In this document: in pieces, positions 1 through 10,700 of the stretch
How the letters are laid out: each line of letters opens with the position of its first letter
Numbering within the stretch: the first letter of the stretch is position 1
From: Bigelowiella natans CCMP2755
Taxonomy: Eukaryota; Protista; Cercozoa
DNA: 64,000 bases
Assembly: GCA_000320545.1 (NCBI GenBank)
Contig: ADNK01000693.1
Span: 1 to 64,000, forward strand
Reading direction: 5' to 3'
Notes under the pieces: generated by a model
Seen by the model: only the letters and a program-made list of their open reading frames with translations
Told to the model about the DNA's origin: nothing
The model's database searches: none
Position numbers and translations under genes: made by a program

Positions 1-1056
1 GACTATTTATTGTGGTATTGAATACTACATCATATCTCCTCTCCTTGCGCTAGCTCCCCCCCCTTCCCCCGCCTCCCATCATCGCTTGAATCATCGTCTT
101 GCTATACTATGCATGTATTTATTCCTTCTGCTGCATCCCTTCATCAATTCGCTTTTCTTAGTGCTGCTGCTCCTCATCCTCCTCCCTCCCTCCCTACCCC
201 ACCCCCCCCCCCCCCCTTTACCCCTCTTTCGCCCTTTCTTCCCAGACACAGACTGTGGGAGGGTTGTCTCCTATAATGTTCGTCATGACCACATTAGGTA
301 TGGGTGATGATGACGATGATAACGATGATGATAGTCGTACTAAAACAATAATAAAACACCATCGGTGGTGGTTTGGGGGTGGGTGTGGGAAGGGCCTAAA
401 TCGGCGTCACTTGGCGTTTTGCGAGGGCCTTATCGATCGATGCGTGGGCATGAAATCACCAGACTGAGAAGCTCATCATCCACTACTTACCATCCGTTCA
501 TATCCATAATCAGGAAACTTGACGTACATCGCCCAGATATTATTCGTGTCGTTAGATCCAGAGTTCCTGCTCGATAAGATACCGGTTGGTAGTGATGAAA
601 ATCGGCATTGCGTCCGTCGTAGGAGGCGCAGCAGCGGCAATATCGAGGCGTGAAGCATGCACGTCTTAGCCATCGTTGTCATGATCATCATCATCATCAT
701 CATTATCACACCTTCATGGTTATCATCGTCGTATCATCATCGTAATCATATTCATCATCATCATCAATTGGCGTCATCATTCTTGCATACTGAGTCTCCT
801 CCTCCTCCTCCTCCTCTCCCCCATTGATATGATCATCATTATCATCATCACCATCACCATCTTCAGTGGATTGCCCAAGCACTACTATGCATTTTCCAGG
901 TAAAGTAGCAGTGGAAGTGTGTGTAGAGAGGAGGGGAGAAGGGGAAACGGGGGGAGGGGGGGGGGGTGGGGGGCAATGAGAGAAAACGACAGTCAACCCC
1001 CCAAGCAAGCCGACAATAGTACAAACATAACGCACACTCCCTAATGATGATAGCAT

Positions 1057-1091
<35 letters not shown>

Positions 1092-1582
1092 CTCTGCTGG
1101 CTATACTGCTATGAAGGCCACATTAATGAGGACTACTCTTTCAACTACTCTCAGGACATGCTCGTTCTGATTTTTTATCCCGTTTTTAACTCCAGCGCAG
1201 CAAAGAAGAAGGTAGAATAAGTAAATAGTGGGAGGGGGGGGGGGAGATATAAGAATGAAGGCGATGGTGATGGTTTCTGGTGGGAAAGTGGTATTTTTCA
1301 TCTGGTTTGCTGAGAGGCAATCATATATGTGCATGTGCGTGCATGATCCCATCTAGCCATACACATCTGCTTCCAGCTAATTGCCGCGTTCTTTGTGATT
1401 GTGGTTGTGCTTCATTTCCGATGCTGCTGCTGTTATTGCAGAGGAGCAATTTATCAAAAGCTGTCTCAAATATTTCCTTCGTCCAAGACGACTATACCTA
1501 ATGGCCCGCAAATATTAGTATAAGTAGTATAGTTGTTGTTGCTGTCACGGTTGGTTACATACGTGATGGCTTTGAAGTCCAT
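1..1582 (-). CDS. Probable 5' part of a multi-exon gene of unknown function, continuing off the left edge
   Basis: ATG GAC TTC AAA GCC ATC AC followed by a gtatgt donor at 1582-1563. Non-repetitive blocks alternate with microsatellite/poly-C intron-like blocks. No recognisable domain and frames were not fully resolved. Confidence 0.3.
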
Positions 1583-1828
1583 CGTTCTCTCACCGACCCG
1601 CGAAGAGAGCAACGGGGGAGATTCACAACGGTAGTAAACAGGAGTTGTGTGCGAGTGTGTGTAGAGTGTAATCGCTGTAGGTTGATGATGCTGGCATGAG
1701 ACTATGCAACCAACATCTACACACTCCCACACAGATGTAGCTGCGTTCGTTGCTAGCAGAATCTGAGTTGGGGCTACAATTTAGACAATTATAATTATGC
1801 AATCTGCAACGCAATAAGGATGGCTTGC

Positions 1829-1833
1829 AGGAA
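1829..1833. repeat. Target-site duplication AGGAA (left copy; right copy 6997-7001)
   Basis: AGGAA directly abuts both outer LTR ends when the LTR is taken as 277 bp. A 5-bp TSD is typical of copia elements. Confidence 0.9.
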
Positions 1834-2110
1834 TCTGTTCCTGTCAAGACCCGACAGGTGCGCAGCAGCCTGCAGCAATGAGCCAGCAGCAAGCTTGTTT
1901 GTCCTGTTGAAAAGTGATGAGTGCCAACTTGGGTCGGAGCATTCTCAGAACGCTCCACAGAACATGCAATGAAAGTGCGCCGCGCAGTCCACAACTGCGC
2001 AATGGCCGAAATAGCGAAACCCTTTCCCGCGCAACCTTTGCGCCCTCTGCTAGTGCCAACCCAACGCACCCTCCACCGCGACTCAACTGGTCGCTGGGCA
2101 CAGTTTCACA
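1834..2110 (-). repeat. 3' LTR (277 bp)
   Basis: Matches 6720-6996 with no difference seen by eye. On the minus strand it begins TGTGAAAC and ends GGAACAGA. Confidence 0.95.
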
Positions 2111-2119
2111 CTCCCCCTC
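2111..2119 (-). promoter_or_regulatory. Polypurine tract (GAGGGGGAG)
   Basis: Purine run directly abutting the 3' LTR on the minus strand. Confidence 0.85.
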
Positions 2120-2217
2120 GACGTGCAAACCTTGACGTTGCAACGTCGCATGACTAGACAACTTGAATGTTGGAGGTTCCCCACCCCACGGCAGCCTGCA
2201 TCCTCCAGTCACTCAAT

Positions 2218-4470
2218 TCACGTTCCAAAACACCTCGCAATCACCAACCCGAGCTTGTCGGACCCAACAGACTTGGTCATCCCGTCTGCAACCTGATCAT
2301 CGGTCGAAACACGCTCCATTTTGAACTCGCCTGCCTTGACCAAGTGGCGAATGATGTGGAACTTGATGTCGATCGATTTGGAGCGTTGAGACACCACTGG
2401 ATTCTCAGCTATCTTGATGCATGCATTGTTGTCCTCCATGACGAAAATGGGACTAGAAATAGTTTCTCCAAGCTCACGAAGGAGTGTTAATAGCCATTTT
2501 GCGTCGGAAACAGATTCTGATGCTGCAATGTACTCCGCTTCAGCAGTGGATTTAACAGGAGCACCAGATTGCCTTTTAGATTTCCAAATGATAGCAGACT
2601 CATTGTATTCGACGATGTATCCCGATGTCGAACGTCGAGCATCCTTGCAACCAGCGTGATCAGCGTCTACGTACACGCGAAGCTCCGACGGACCAGAGTT
2701 AGACTTAAGACGCAGTTTGTGCCCCATGGTGCCAGCAAGATACTTGAACACACGATCTGCAGCTTGCATGTGGGACACCTTTGCAGAGTTAAGATATCTG
2801 GAGAGTTTGGAGAGAGCAAAGCTAATGTCAGGTCGAGTGCAAGTAGCTATCCAGGCCAGTGAACCAATCTTAGCACGATGGAGCTTCTCGTCGCAGAGTT
2901 CTCCATCAGGATCTAGGGTTATGTTCCTAGAGTCGAGCATTGGCACCTTACTTGTACGGCATTCGTGAAATCCAAACTCCCTCAGCTTCTTTTCGATGTA
3001 CGCTCGCTGATTCAAATGAACTCCCCCTGAGTCAGTAGTCACCTCGATTCCCAACACGTAATCAAGTCGTGACATGTCCTTGAGTCCATGGAGCTTACAT
3101 GTTGTCTCAAACAACTCATTCTTGAGATCTTCGGAGTCGGAAGCACAGATGAGGTCGTCAACATACAGACACGCGATGCAAATCTTACCATGTTCGCGTT
3201 TGATGTACACACAGGGATCGGATTCCAGTTGCTTGCATCCCAAATCCAACATGTGACGATTAAACTCCTCGTTCCATGCCTTAGCACTAACCTTGAGCCC
3301 ATAGATGCCCTTCTTGAGCTTAAGTGCATACTTGCGATGTGAGTACTTGTCTCTCATGTGCTTGGGTATCTCCATGTACACCGGTTCCTGGAGGACTCCA
3401 TGCAGGAAAGCGTCATTCACATCGGCCTGATAGATTTTGAGTCCATGCTTGACAGCATAGGCGATGACTGCACGTATAGTTTCCATTCGAACTGTAGGAG
3501 CAAACTTATCACTGAAGGTTACACCAGTCTGTGTGAATCCCCGAGCACAAAGCCTGCTCTTTAACCTGTTCACTTTACCAGTCTTGTCTGTCTTCTCCTT
3601 GTACACCCAGATGTGAGTGACGGGCTTATTGCGTCCTGCTTTCTCGATTCCAACTACTTCCCAAGTGCCATTACGTTCTAAAGCAGCTAGCTCCTCATCC
3701 ATACTCTTATTCCAACCCGGAGTCTGAATGGCTTCTTCGTAGGACTTGGGTTCACAGGGTTCCATGGATCCAAGAGCATGTAGAGTCGAGATTTTGCCAG
3801 AATGATCCTCTGAATCCGAGATCTTCTTGAGTGCAGACGAATAGATGTGCTGAAGTCTATCATACTCGCCTTTTCCGGTTCCAGGGACGAATTGGAAGCG
3901 TGCCTTCCGCTCACGTCGCGGCCTCTCCCCCTGCTTCGAGTCGTCGCTGGAAGTGGTCTGTGGATTAGTCGCCGAACCTGGGACGAAGCTATCCTCCCCA
4001 CACGCATCATGCTTGCGATGGTCCTGGATAGCATCGTCGTCGTTGTCGGCACCAGACACTGAATCCGAATCAGAATCTGAGTCCGGGAAGTCGGCGGCGA
4101 GGGGCTCGAGTGAAGGCATATCTGCATGCTCCTTAGCGCTGACAGAGCCCTCAGCATCGAAAACAAGATCTAGTAACTCAGCGCGAGTGAGCACACTAGG
4201 ATCCTTGTCAGGGAACTTGAACTTAGTATCCAATAGTCTGACATGCTTAGAACGCACAATCTTCCCTGCGTCTGTAAGCACCTTGTACACACCATGAGTA
4301 GTGTCACATCCAAGCACACGGCAACGTGCAGCCCGATCCATGAATGTTCCTTTTCTGAGCTTACTGTCTTTGATTCGTACCCATCCGATACAGCCAAAAG
4401 GTTTCAAATGAGATACATCAGGAGGATGTCCAGTGAGAGCTTCGATGGGAGTACGCCAGTTGTGGGAACT
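2218..4470 (-). CDS. Retrotransposon integrase C-terminus, reverse transcriptase and RNase H (out of frame with upstream ORF by +1)
   Basis: TPIEALTG..PDVSHLKPFGC. RT motifs KSRLCARGFTQ, DVNDAFLHG, LKKGIYGLK, YVDD, TRPDI. RNase H motifs DADHAG, STAEAEY, EDN, ADGMTK. Confidence 0.93.
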   Translation of the reverse strand, partial: SSHNWRTPIEALTGHPPDVSHLKPFGCIGWVRIKDSKLRKGTFMDRAARCRVLGCDTTHGVYKVLTDAGKIVRSKHVRLLDTKFKFPDKDPSVLTRAELLDLVFDAEGSVSAKEHADMPSLEPLAADFPDSDSDSDSVSGADNDDDAIQDHRKHDACGEDSFVPGSATNPQTTSSDDSKQGERPRRERKARFQFVPGTGKGEYDRLQHIYSSALKKISDSEDHSGKISTLHALGSMEPCEPKSYEEAIQTPGWNKSMDEELAALERNGTWEVVGIEKAGRNKPVTHIWVYKEKTDKTGKVNRLKSRLCARGFTQTGVTFSDKFAPTVRMETIRAVIAYAVKHGLKIYQADVNDAFLHGVLQEPVYMEIPKHMRDKYSHRKYALKLKKGIYGLKVSAKAWNEEFNRHMLDLGCKQLESDPCVYIKREHGKICIACLYVDDLICASDSEDLKNELFETTCKLHGLKDMSRLDYVLGIEVTTDSGGVHLNQRAYIEKKLREFGFHECRTSKVPMLDSRNITLDPDGELCDEKLHRAKIGSLAWIATCTRPDISFALSKLSRYLNSAKVSHMQAADRVFKYLAGTMGHKLRLKSNSGPSELRVYVDADHAGCKDARRSTSGYIVEYNESAIIWKSKRQSGAPVKSTAEAEYIAASESVSDAKWLLTLLRELGETISSPIFVMEDNNACIKIAENPVVSQRSKSIDIKFHIIRHLVKAGEFKMERVSTDDQVADGMTKSVGSDKLGLVIARCFGT

Positions 4471-6715
4471 TGTGTGGCATGCGATTGTGAGTGTACAACA
4501 CACATTCCAGAGCTTCCGGCCACCAGGTGTGAGGTAATTCCGCTGTATTCAAAACCTTGAGCATAGCCCTTGTAACCCAACCAACACGGTTTTCAGTCTG
4601 CCCATTAGTAGATTGCGACTCGGCAGCAGAGAACTTCTCTTCGATGCCCTTCTTCTTGTTCCACGAAGAAATTTTCGAATTAACAAATTCACCACCCCCA
4701 TCAGCGCAGAAGTACTTGAGTTGTCGCCCAGACATGCGCTCGATCCATCGAACATATTCCACATACTCACGAAAAACATTTTTAGTACGTAGAGGACGAC
4801 CGTGTAGAACTCTCGAACCCTCATCCACCAATAGAAGATAGTGAATGAATCCCTTGCGAGACCGTGATAGTTTTACTTTGAGGTCACCCCTGGCCACCTG
4901 ACCCGGTAGGAACTTCTTCGCTAAGTAGTCAGGTTTACGGTGAAATGTCTTCTTACGTTGAAAACTAGTCTCGCAGCGCTCGCACACTTCCTCAGTATCC
5001 ATGATGTCTGATTTGTTCGAATTAGTACCCAAACCCTGGTCGCCCGTACCCGAACCCTTGTCGCCCGTCTTCGAAGCAGTTGCCTTACCATTCACCTTAA
5101 GGCCCTTGGAACACTTTTGTAATCGACGAATAGTTTCAGCAGGCGCATGACATAAAGATAAATGCCATTTACGCATACTAGTGTCCCTAAACTTGTGTCC
5201 ATACAGCGCGTTTAGCGTAGTTCCCTTCCTGGCAGGAGTACCCTTGAAATAATACAAATCATATTCCTGACCAATCTCCGTCGATCCGACAATTTCGTTG
5301 TCGATGTAGAAGTCGATTGCCTCCCCCTTGTTCTCATACCTGATCTGACATTTTGCATTGTCTACGCGTAGACGTCGTTGAGCGATGTAACACCCTTTCA
5401 GCTCCGGAACATACGCCACGTTACTTAGACACATAATTTTTCCAGTCGATAATTGCACTGAAATAGTGCCAGATCCACGGGGTCGAAAAGAAGTCTTGTG
5501 ATCGGCCAAAACGATGCGAGGTTCGTTCGCACTAGGTGCACAAGACACGAACCAATCTAGGCTATTTACGATGTGCCTACCGCACCCCCCATCCAACATT
5601 GAGCACCCCTTCGGTAGAAAAATTGAGTTGCATATATTGAAGAATGGAGTGATCGAACCCAAGTCCAAACCCCTTCCTTCCTGCTTAATACTCCCCAATT
5701 TTTCCTCAGATTTTCGACCCCCAGTGTGCGTTTTAGGTTTTCCTGCGATACGAGATTTGCAGAACCGCTTAGAGTGGCCCTGTTTGCCACACCAGAAGCA
5801 AACTCCACGGAAGGCCGAGCGTCCCCCATTACTGTTGTTCCAACCAGTGGGCTGGTTACTCTTACTATTGTTCCCGATGTTCCCAAGCATGTTTCCCTCA
5901 TTACCTTGCTTCCTTCTCAAATAAGCTGATGTTCTTGTGACAACATCCTGAAACTTTGTTACACTGAGGTTTTCGATGACTGTAGTAACTGAGTCAAATT
6001 CCGCCTCAGGTAATCCAAGAAGTAAAAAGCCAACTCGCTCTTGATCCGAATACTTCGATCCCAAACTTTCCAATTTACCAAAATACTTCGTTGATGTCCC
6101 GACGCATTTAGTGAAATCCCCACCACAATTGTCTAAAGTAAGACTGACTGTGCTCTTTAGAACAGCGACATATCTCATAAAGCTCGGTCCCTCGAACTCC
6201 AGGAGTATGTTGCACCAAAGTTTAGCGGGATCTCCATCAGTGTTTTGTTTTAGGTGTTCATAGTCTTCCAGAGTGAGACTAAGTACAGCAAATCCTTTTC
6301 TCCTTTTCTTCCTAGAGTCCTTTGGAAGAGTCTTTACAAACTCCCGAAATAACCAGTCGGGCGTTTGCAAAGCCTGAGAAGGTGACATGCATTCCTCCTC
6401 TAAAGTGCCTCTAAAAACAGTAAAGACTTGGTATAGATAAACTTCATCATCGAACTTCGCCTCTTTAGCTGTTCCTACATCCACTTTAGCGTCCACCTTA
6501 ACAATTCCTTTTTCTTTTTTTACTTTGTCTTCCTCCTTCACGGTTACCAGAATTTTCTCTTTCTTCCCGATCAAACTAGGTAACGCAAATATGTCCATCA
6601 AGTCCATGATGGTAAAGTAGTCGTCGATCTCTTCAATGTAGCCTTCGAAGTCGTCCGCCCTCAACTTGAGGTTCTTGGCGACTGCGAACATCCCTTTTCC
6701 GCCAGTGAGGCTCAT
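4418..6715 (-). CDS. Retrotransposon Gag-protease-integrase (N-terminal part of polyprotein)
   Basis: UBN2-like gag (FLLLGLPEAEFDSV) and zinc knuckle CFWCGKQGHSKRFC. Protease LDGGCGRH. IN HHCC (WHLSLCH...CERC) and DDE (GDL, ADGGGEF, NGQTEN), then WPEALECVLYTHNRMP. The first plausible ATG (6715) lies in the PBS. Confidence 0.9.
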   Translation of the reverse strand: MSLTGGKGMFAVAKNLKLRADDFEGYIEEIDDYFTIMDLMDIFALPSLIGKKEKILVTVKEEDKVKKEKGIVKVDAKVDVGTAKEAKFDDEVYLYQVFTVFRGTLEEECMSPSQALQTPDWLFREFVKTLPKDSRKKRRKGFAVLSLTLEDYEHLKQNTDGDPAKLWCNILLEFEGPSFMRYVAVLKSTVSLTLDNCGGDFTKCVGTSTKYFGKLESLGSKYSDQERVGFLLLGLPEAEFDSVTTVIENLSVTKFQDVVTRTSAYLRRKQGNEGNMLGNIGNNSKSNQPTGWNNSNGGRSAFRGVCFWCGKQGHSKRFCKSRIAGKPKTHTGGRKSEEKLGSIKQEGRGLDLGSITPFFNICNSIFLPKGCSMLDGGCGRHIVNSLDWFVSCAPSANEPRIVLADHKTSFRPRGSGTISVQLSTGKIMCLSNVAYVPELKGCYIAQRRLRVDNAKCQIRYENKGEAIDFYIDNEIVGSTEIGQEYDLYYFKGTPARKGTTLNALYGHKFRDTSMRKWHLSLCHAPAETIRRLQKCSKGLKVNGKATASKTGDKGSGTGDQGLGTNSNKSDIMDTEEVCERCETSFQRKKTFHRKPDYLAKKFLPGQVARGDLKVKLSRSRKGFIHYLLLVDEGSRVLHGRPLRTKNVFREYVEYVRWIERMSGRQLKYFCADGGGEFVNSKISSWNKKKGIEEKFSAAESQSTNGQTENRVGWVTRAMLKVLNTAELPHTWWPEALECVLYTHNRMPHKFPQLAYSHRSSHWTSS

Positions 6716-6719
6716 AACC
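6709..6719 (-). promoter_or_regulatory. Primer-binding site GGTTATGAGCC, complementary to the anticodon stem-loop of initiator tRNA-Met (half-tRNA primer)
   Basis: The plus strand reads GGCTCATAACC, matching the tRNA-iMet anticodon arm (GGGCUCAUAACCC). It lies directly inside the 5' LTR. Confidence 0.85.
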
Positions 6720-6996
6720 TCTGTTCCTGTCAAGACCCGACAGGTGCGCAGCAGCCTGCAGCAATGAGCCAGCAGCAAGCTTGTTTGTCCTGTTGAAAAG
6801 TGATGAGTGCCAACTTGGGTCGGAGCATTCTCAGAACGCTCCACAGAACATGCAATGAAAGTGCGCCGCGCAGTCCACAACTGCGCAATGGCCGAAATAG
6901 CGAAACCCTTTCCCGCGCAACCTTTGCGCCCTCTGCTAGTGCCAACCCAACGCACCCTCCACCGCGACTCAACTGGTCGCTGGGCACAGTTTCACA
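6720..6996 (-). repeat. 5' LTR (277 bp)
   Basis: Direct repeat of 1834-2110, immediately followed on the minus strand by the PBS. Confidence 0.95.
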
Positions 6997-7793
6997 AGGA
7001 AGACATTGACAAGATCGCAAGTTACGTTCACAGCCTCATGTAGCATGCATGTTGGCATGTCTAGATGGCGCGTCCTTGTTGCATGCATGTTTGAATTCAC
7101 ACACACTACAAGCATGTGGTGACAAACGCACCTGTGATGCTTGCTAGCTTGTGATGATCGATGACTAGCTAGCTAGTGGCATGCACACGTGCTGACGTGC
7201 TAGCAGCTAGCGTGTTTTGATGTGGCTGATGACTGCAAAGCTATATGGCATGCAGCATGTTAGCACACAGCATGGCAAGTGTGTTGTCTGTCTATACAGT
7301 ACATAGCAGACATGTACAGTGACCTATCAATGCGTGTGCTTGCATATTGCATGTCTATCATGATACATGTGCAGTGCCTGCTGCATGCATGAGACATACG
7401 CATGATTCACATTCATGTCTAGACACACAACTTCGTAATCGTATGAGGAGGCATCATTACTTTGCAGAAATGTGCCTCGCAGGCAGTAATACTAGATGAG
7501 AAATAATAGAAGCAGTGAGTAGTAATTACATGGCCCAGAGGATTCACGCTAGCTAGCTAGACATGGTACAATAGGACCATGAATGCATGCGATCATCACT
7601 TTTGCTCTCTTTTTTTAGGGGATTGTGCTCTAGATTTGCAGAATTTTGTTGTCGTCCGTCATCATCACTATCCGCAACGATCGAGTCTCTCTAGTACCCG
7701 ATGACTAGATAGCACCACACAGCGAGCATCTGCATTAAGTACAGATGATCAACAAACTTCGAGGTGCAAAACGCCAGATTAAGCCCCTCCTGT

Positions 7794-10700
7794 TTAGGCA
7801 AAATAAGTAAGGCTAGATCCGCAGTCACGCAATGTGTCCAGTTGATCCTCCGTAAACTTCTCCTCGAATAAGTGCCACTCGTCCTGCGTAATTAACAAGG
7901 TAAGGGCTTGCGCTCGTTTTTCCTTTTTTTGGTTTGTTTTGGGGGGCTGCTTTCATTGGGCGGGCAATCTCATTCGTACGCACACAAAAAAGCACACAAA
8001 CGCGATATCGCACACAAGGGAAATGTTTCGTTTGATCGACATACGATTGGTTTGCTGTGTCCCCTCCCCGCTCCCCCCCGATAAATGAAGAAGTGTATAC
8101 TACCTGATGCGTTCTCGTAAACTCCTGAAATAGCTTCTTGGCTGTTGTTCCGATGGGAATGGCATCCTAAAAGGAGGGATTATTACAGGGAGAGGAGGGA
8201 ACGATGAGTTTCCTACATGGCACTGGACAATTTCTCTTCACTCTTCTCCCTCTCCCCTTTCTCGCTTGTGCATGAGAGGGAGGAGGGCGAGGACGTTACC
8301 TTCCCCTCTCCCATCCCCCCCGCCCCTCCATCGCCCAAGATGGCCACTATCACTATGTAGCGCTCTAGTAATTGTCGCAATAGGTAGCAGCAGCAGCAGC
8401 AGCAGCATCAGCATCACCCTGGTGTGCGGTGCTAGGCCGATGAGAGTCGCTGGTAGCCATTCCGGCACAGCATAAGGCTGACTGAGGATGAAAGCAGACA
8501 AGCCCAGCAAGCCTCCATGCCGAGTGTTGATGGCTATACCGCGCTGCTCCTTCATCTTCTCGTCCTAATCGATATCATCAATAGAAAAGAAGATCAGGTG
8601 TGTGAGTAAACAATGGCTGACTGGCTGCCTCGTTATCCTGCTCTCTTTCTTTGTAGTATTATATTATATGTCGACAGGATGAGGGGAGAGAAGGAATCGG
8701 CATTGTGATGCTAGTACAACTGCTACTTCCACTACCTTAGCAGCTGAAAACTGAGGGATCACTGTGCGCGACATTTTGTAGAGTTTCTTGTACATCTTGT
8801 TGGTCATCTTGCTCATCTTCATGCCCCCTGCTACCCTGCGTGTGTGCATTTATTTGTTGCGAATACGTCAAGTCAGTTTGCTATTCTGACGAGAGGAGGA
8901 AGAAGAATAGGACGCAGAAGAAAGGGGCTGGGGAGGGGGGGGGGGGGTGAAATATGAACATAGTAGTACTACTATTACTACTACTACTACTACCCTCCAG
9001 ATCCCGGCAAGCTGCTGAGCATCGCTTGGAGCGCCTTCGCAGCGCCCTCTCTGACCTCCACCTGCGAGTCACTCAAAAGGTTGACGATGGTAGCCTTGGC
9101 CGTCTTGAGAGCGGGTAGCGGGTCTTTCTCGAGCTGATCGCTGCTGGCCTTTGACAGGACAAAAGCATGCCTCGGAATCACAGTGGCGAGGAAGCTCGTG
9201 ACGGCCTTTCGCACGTGCCAGTTTGCGTCTTTGGACATCTTCCGTAGCATTTTGAGCAGTTTGGCAATGAGAAGCTCTCCCCCTTCTCCTCCATCCACTG
9301 GCAGATTCCACCCCCCCCAAGCCCACGTGATGGCGAGAAACTTGGCCCTGTTGGCTGCCTCCGGGTCGGATGTTGCTGACTGGAGGTGTAAAATAGCTGG
9401 TAGCAGCGGCAGCAGCAGCTCTCCAAAGAACACGGTTTGAGAGAAGAGAGAGCACGGGATCATCCACTGAATGGCGACGTTGGCCATGGAGACCGTTTTC
9501 TTATTATCCTCCTCCCCCCCCACCCCTGCTGCTGCTCCTCCTCCTCCTTCTGCTGTGGAGGGGGAGGCAGAGGAAGCTGTTGGGTTGCGGGTTGCGAGCT
9601 CCTTCAGGCCATCTGCAAGGGAGGCGACAAGCGCAGTGAGGCCGGTGCTGCCATGCTGCCTTTTATGCGCGACGAAGCTTGCACGCGTCACGGAGACTAG
9701 AATGTTACCGACCTCTTTACGTACCAGCTTGTAGGGGTGGGAGAGGAAGTCGCCCTCTCTTAGACGGCTCACCACCCAACCTCCCACATCGCCCACGCGG
9801 AAGGAGCATTCATCCAGCATAGCGCGCAACAGCCGGAGGTGCCGGTAGATCTCGGCACTGCTCGATGACGCCTTGGACGATTGATCCCCCTCTCCAACCG
9901 CTGCTTCTAGGCTTCTCTTGAAGGGTTGGTGTGCGAGTTGGGCTATCACAGAAGCGAGCGCACGCGGTGTCTCTCGTGTGGCACGCATTGAACAAGCGAC
10001 GGCATCTTTCCACATGTCGACCGTGTCCTGGTTTCCATCCTTTAGCTAAAAGAAGAGGTGTGTGTAGGGGGGGGGGGGGGGGGGGGGGTCGGTTGGAGGA
10101 GGAGTTAGCAACATGATGGCCTCAGTACATTTATTATCATTATTAGGACTATTATTATAATAACTGCTAATATCATTATCATTACAGTAAAAGCAACAGC
10201 AGCAGCAGCTGCAACAACGGCAGGGCTGACACGAATAAGTATGCATAAGGTCCTCTTCTCTCTCTCCTCTTCCTCCTCGCTGTCGCTATTACCACTTGCT
10301 GTATAGCCGGATTGACAAACCGTGCAAGCACATCGCTCTGGAGGCTGAAAGACCCCGTCACCAGGTACTGACACATAGCTGCCACGATCTCGGCAGCAAA
10401 GCACTGTTTTTCCTTCTCGTCGCTCTTCACTAGCTGCAACAGCCGCTTCCCCGCATCCGCCACGTAGTCGGTACCCCCAACGACAAACAGGTGCGAGAGA
10501 AGACTCACGTGCGACGTGTCGAACGCACTACCATATATCTGAGGCGTACGGGGAGGAAGTAGCATTGCAATGGCAGAAACAACAACAACAACAACATCAA
10601 ACAGGGAGAGTAGAACAAAGATACACTACTACAGCAGTCTCAACATTTCTTCGGCAAGTAATAACTTCGTCAACAACTACTACAGCAGTCTCAACATTTC

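Larger units (their letters stand above)
1834..6996 (-). mobile_element. Full-length Ty1/copia LTR retrotransposon (half-tRNA primed, Hemivirus-like)
   Basis: Two 277-bp direct repeats with a flanking AGGAA TSD, a PBS and a PPT. Copia domain order gag-PR-IN-RT-RH. Confidence 0.97.

Noticed and set aside
6716-6955. 80-aa N-terminal extension of gag through the LTR, and twin ORFs at 1623-2212 and 6730-7043
   Set aside because: They are open only because the LTR is nearly TA-free, and they are duplicated with the LTR. The real start is more likely 6715 or later.
6997-7450. CpG-methylation decay or fungal RIP as the cause of TG/CA excess
   Set aside because: CpG is retained and TpA is depleted, the opposite of both expectations.
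7794-7805. PA200 ends YFA rather than YYA
   Set aside because: YFA termini are, to my knowledge, normal in plant-type PA200, so not unusual.
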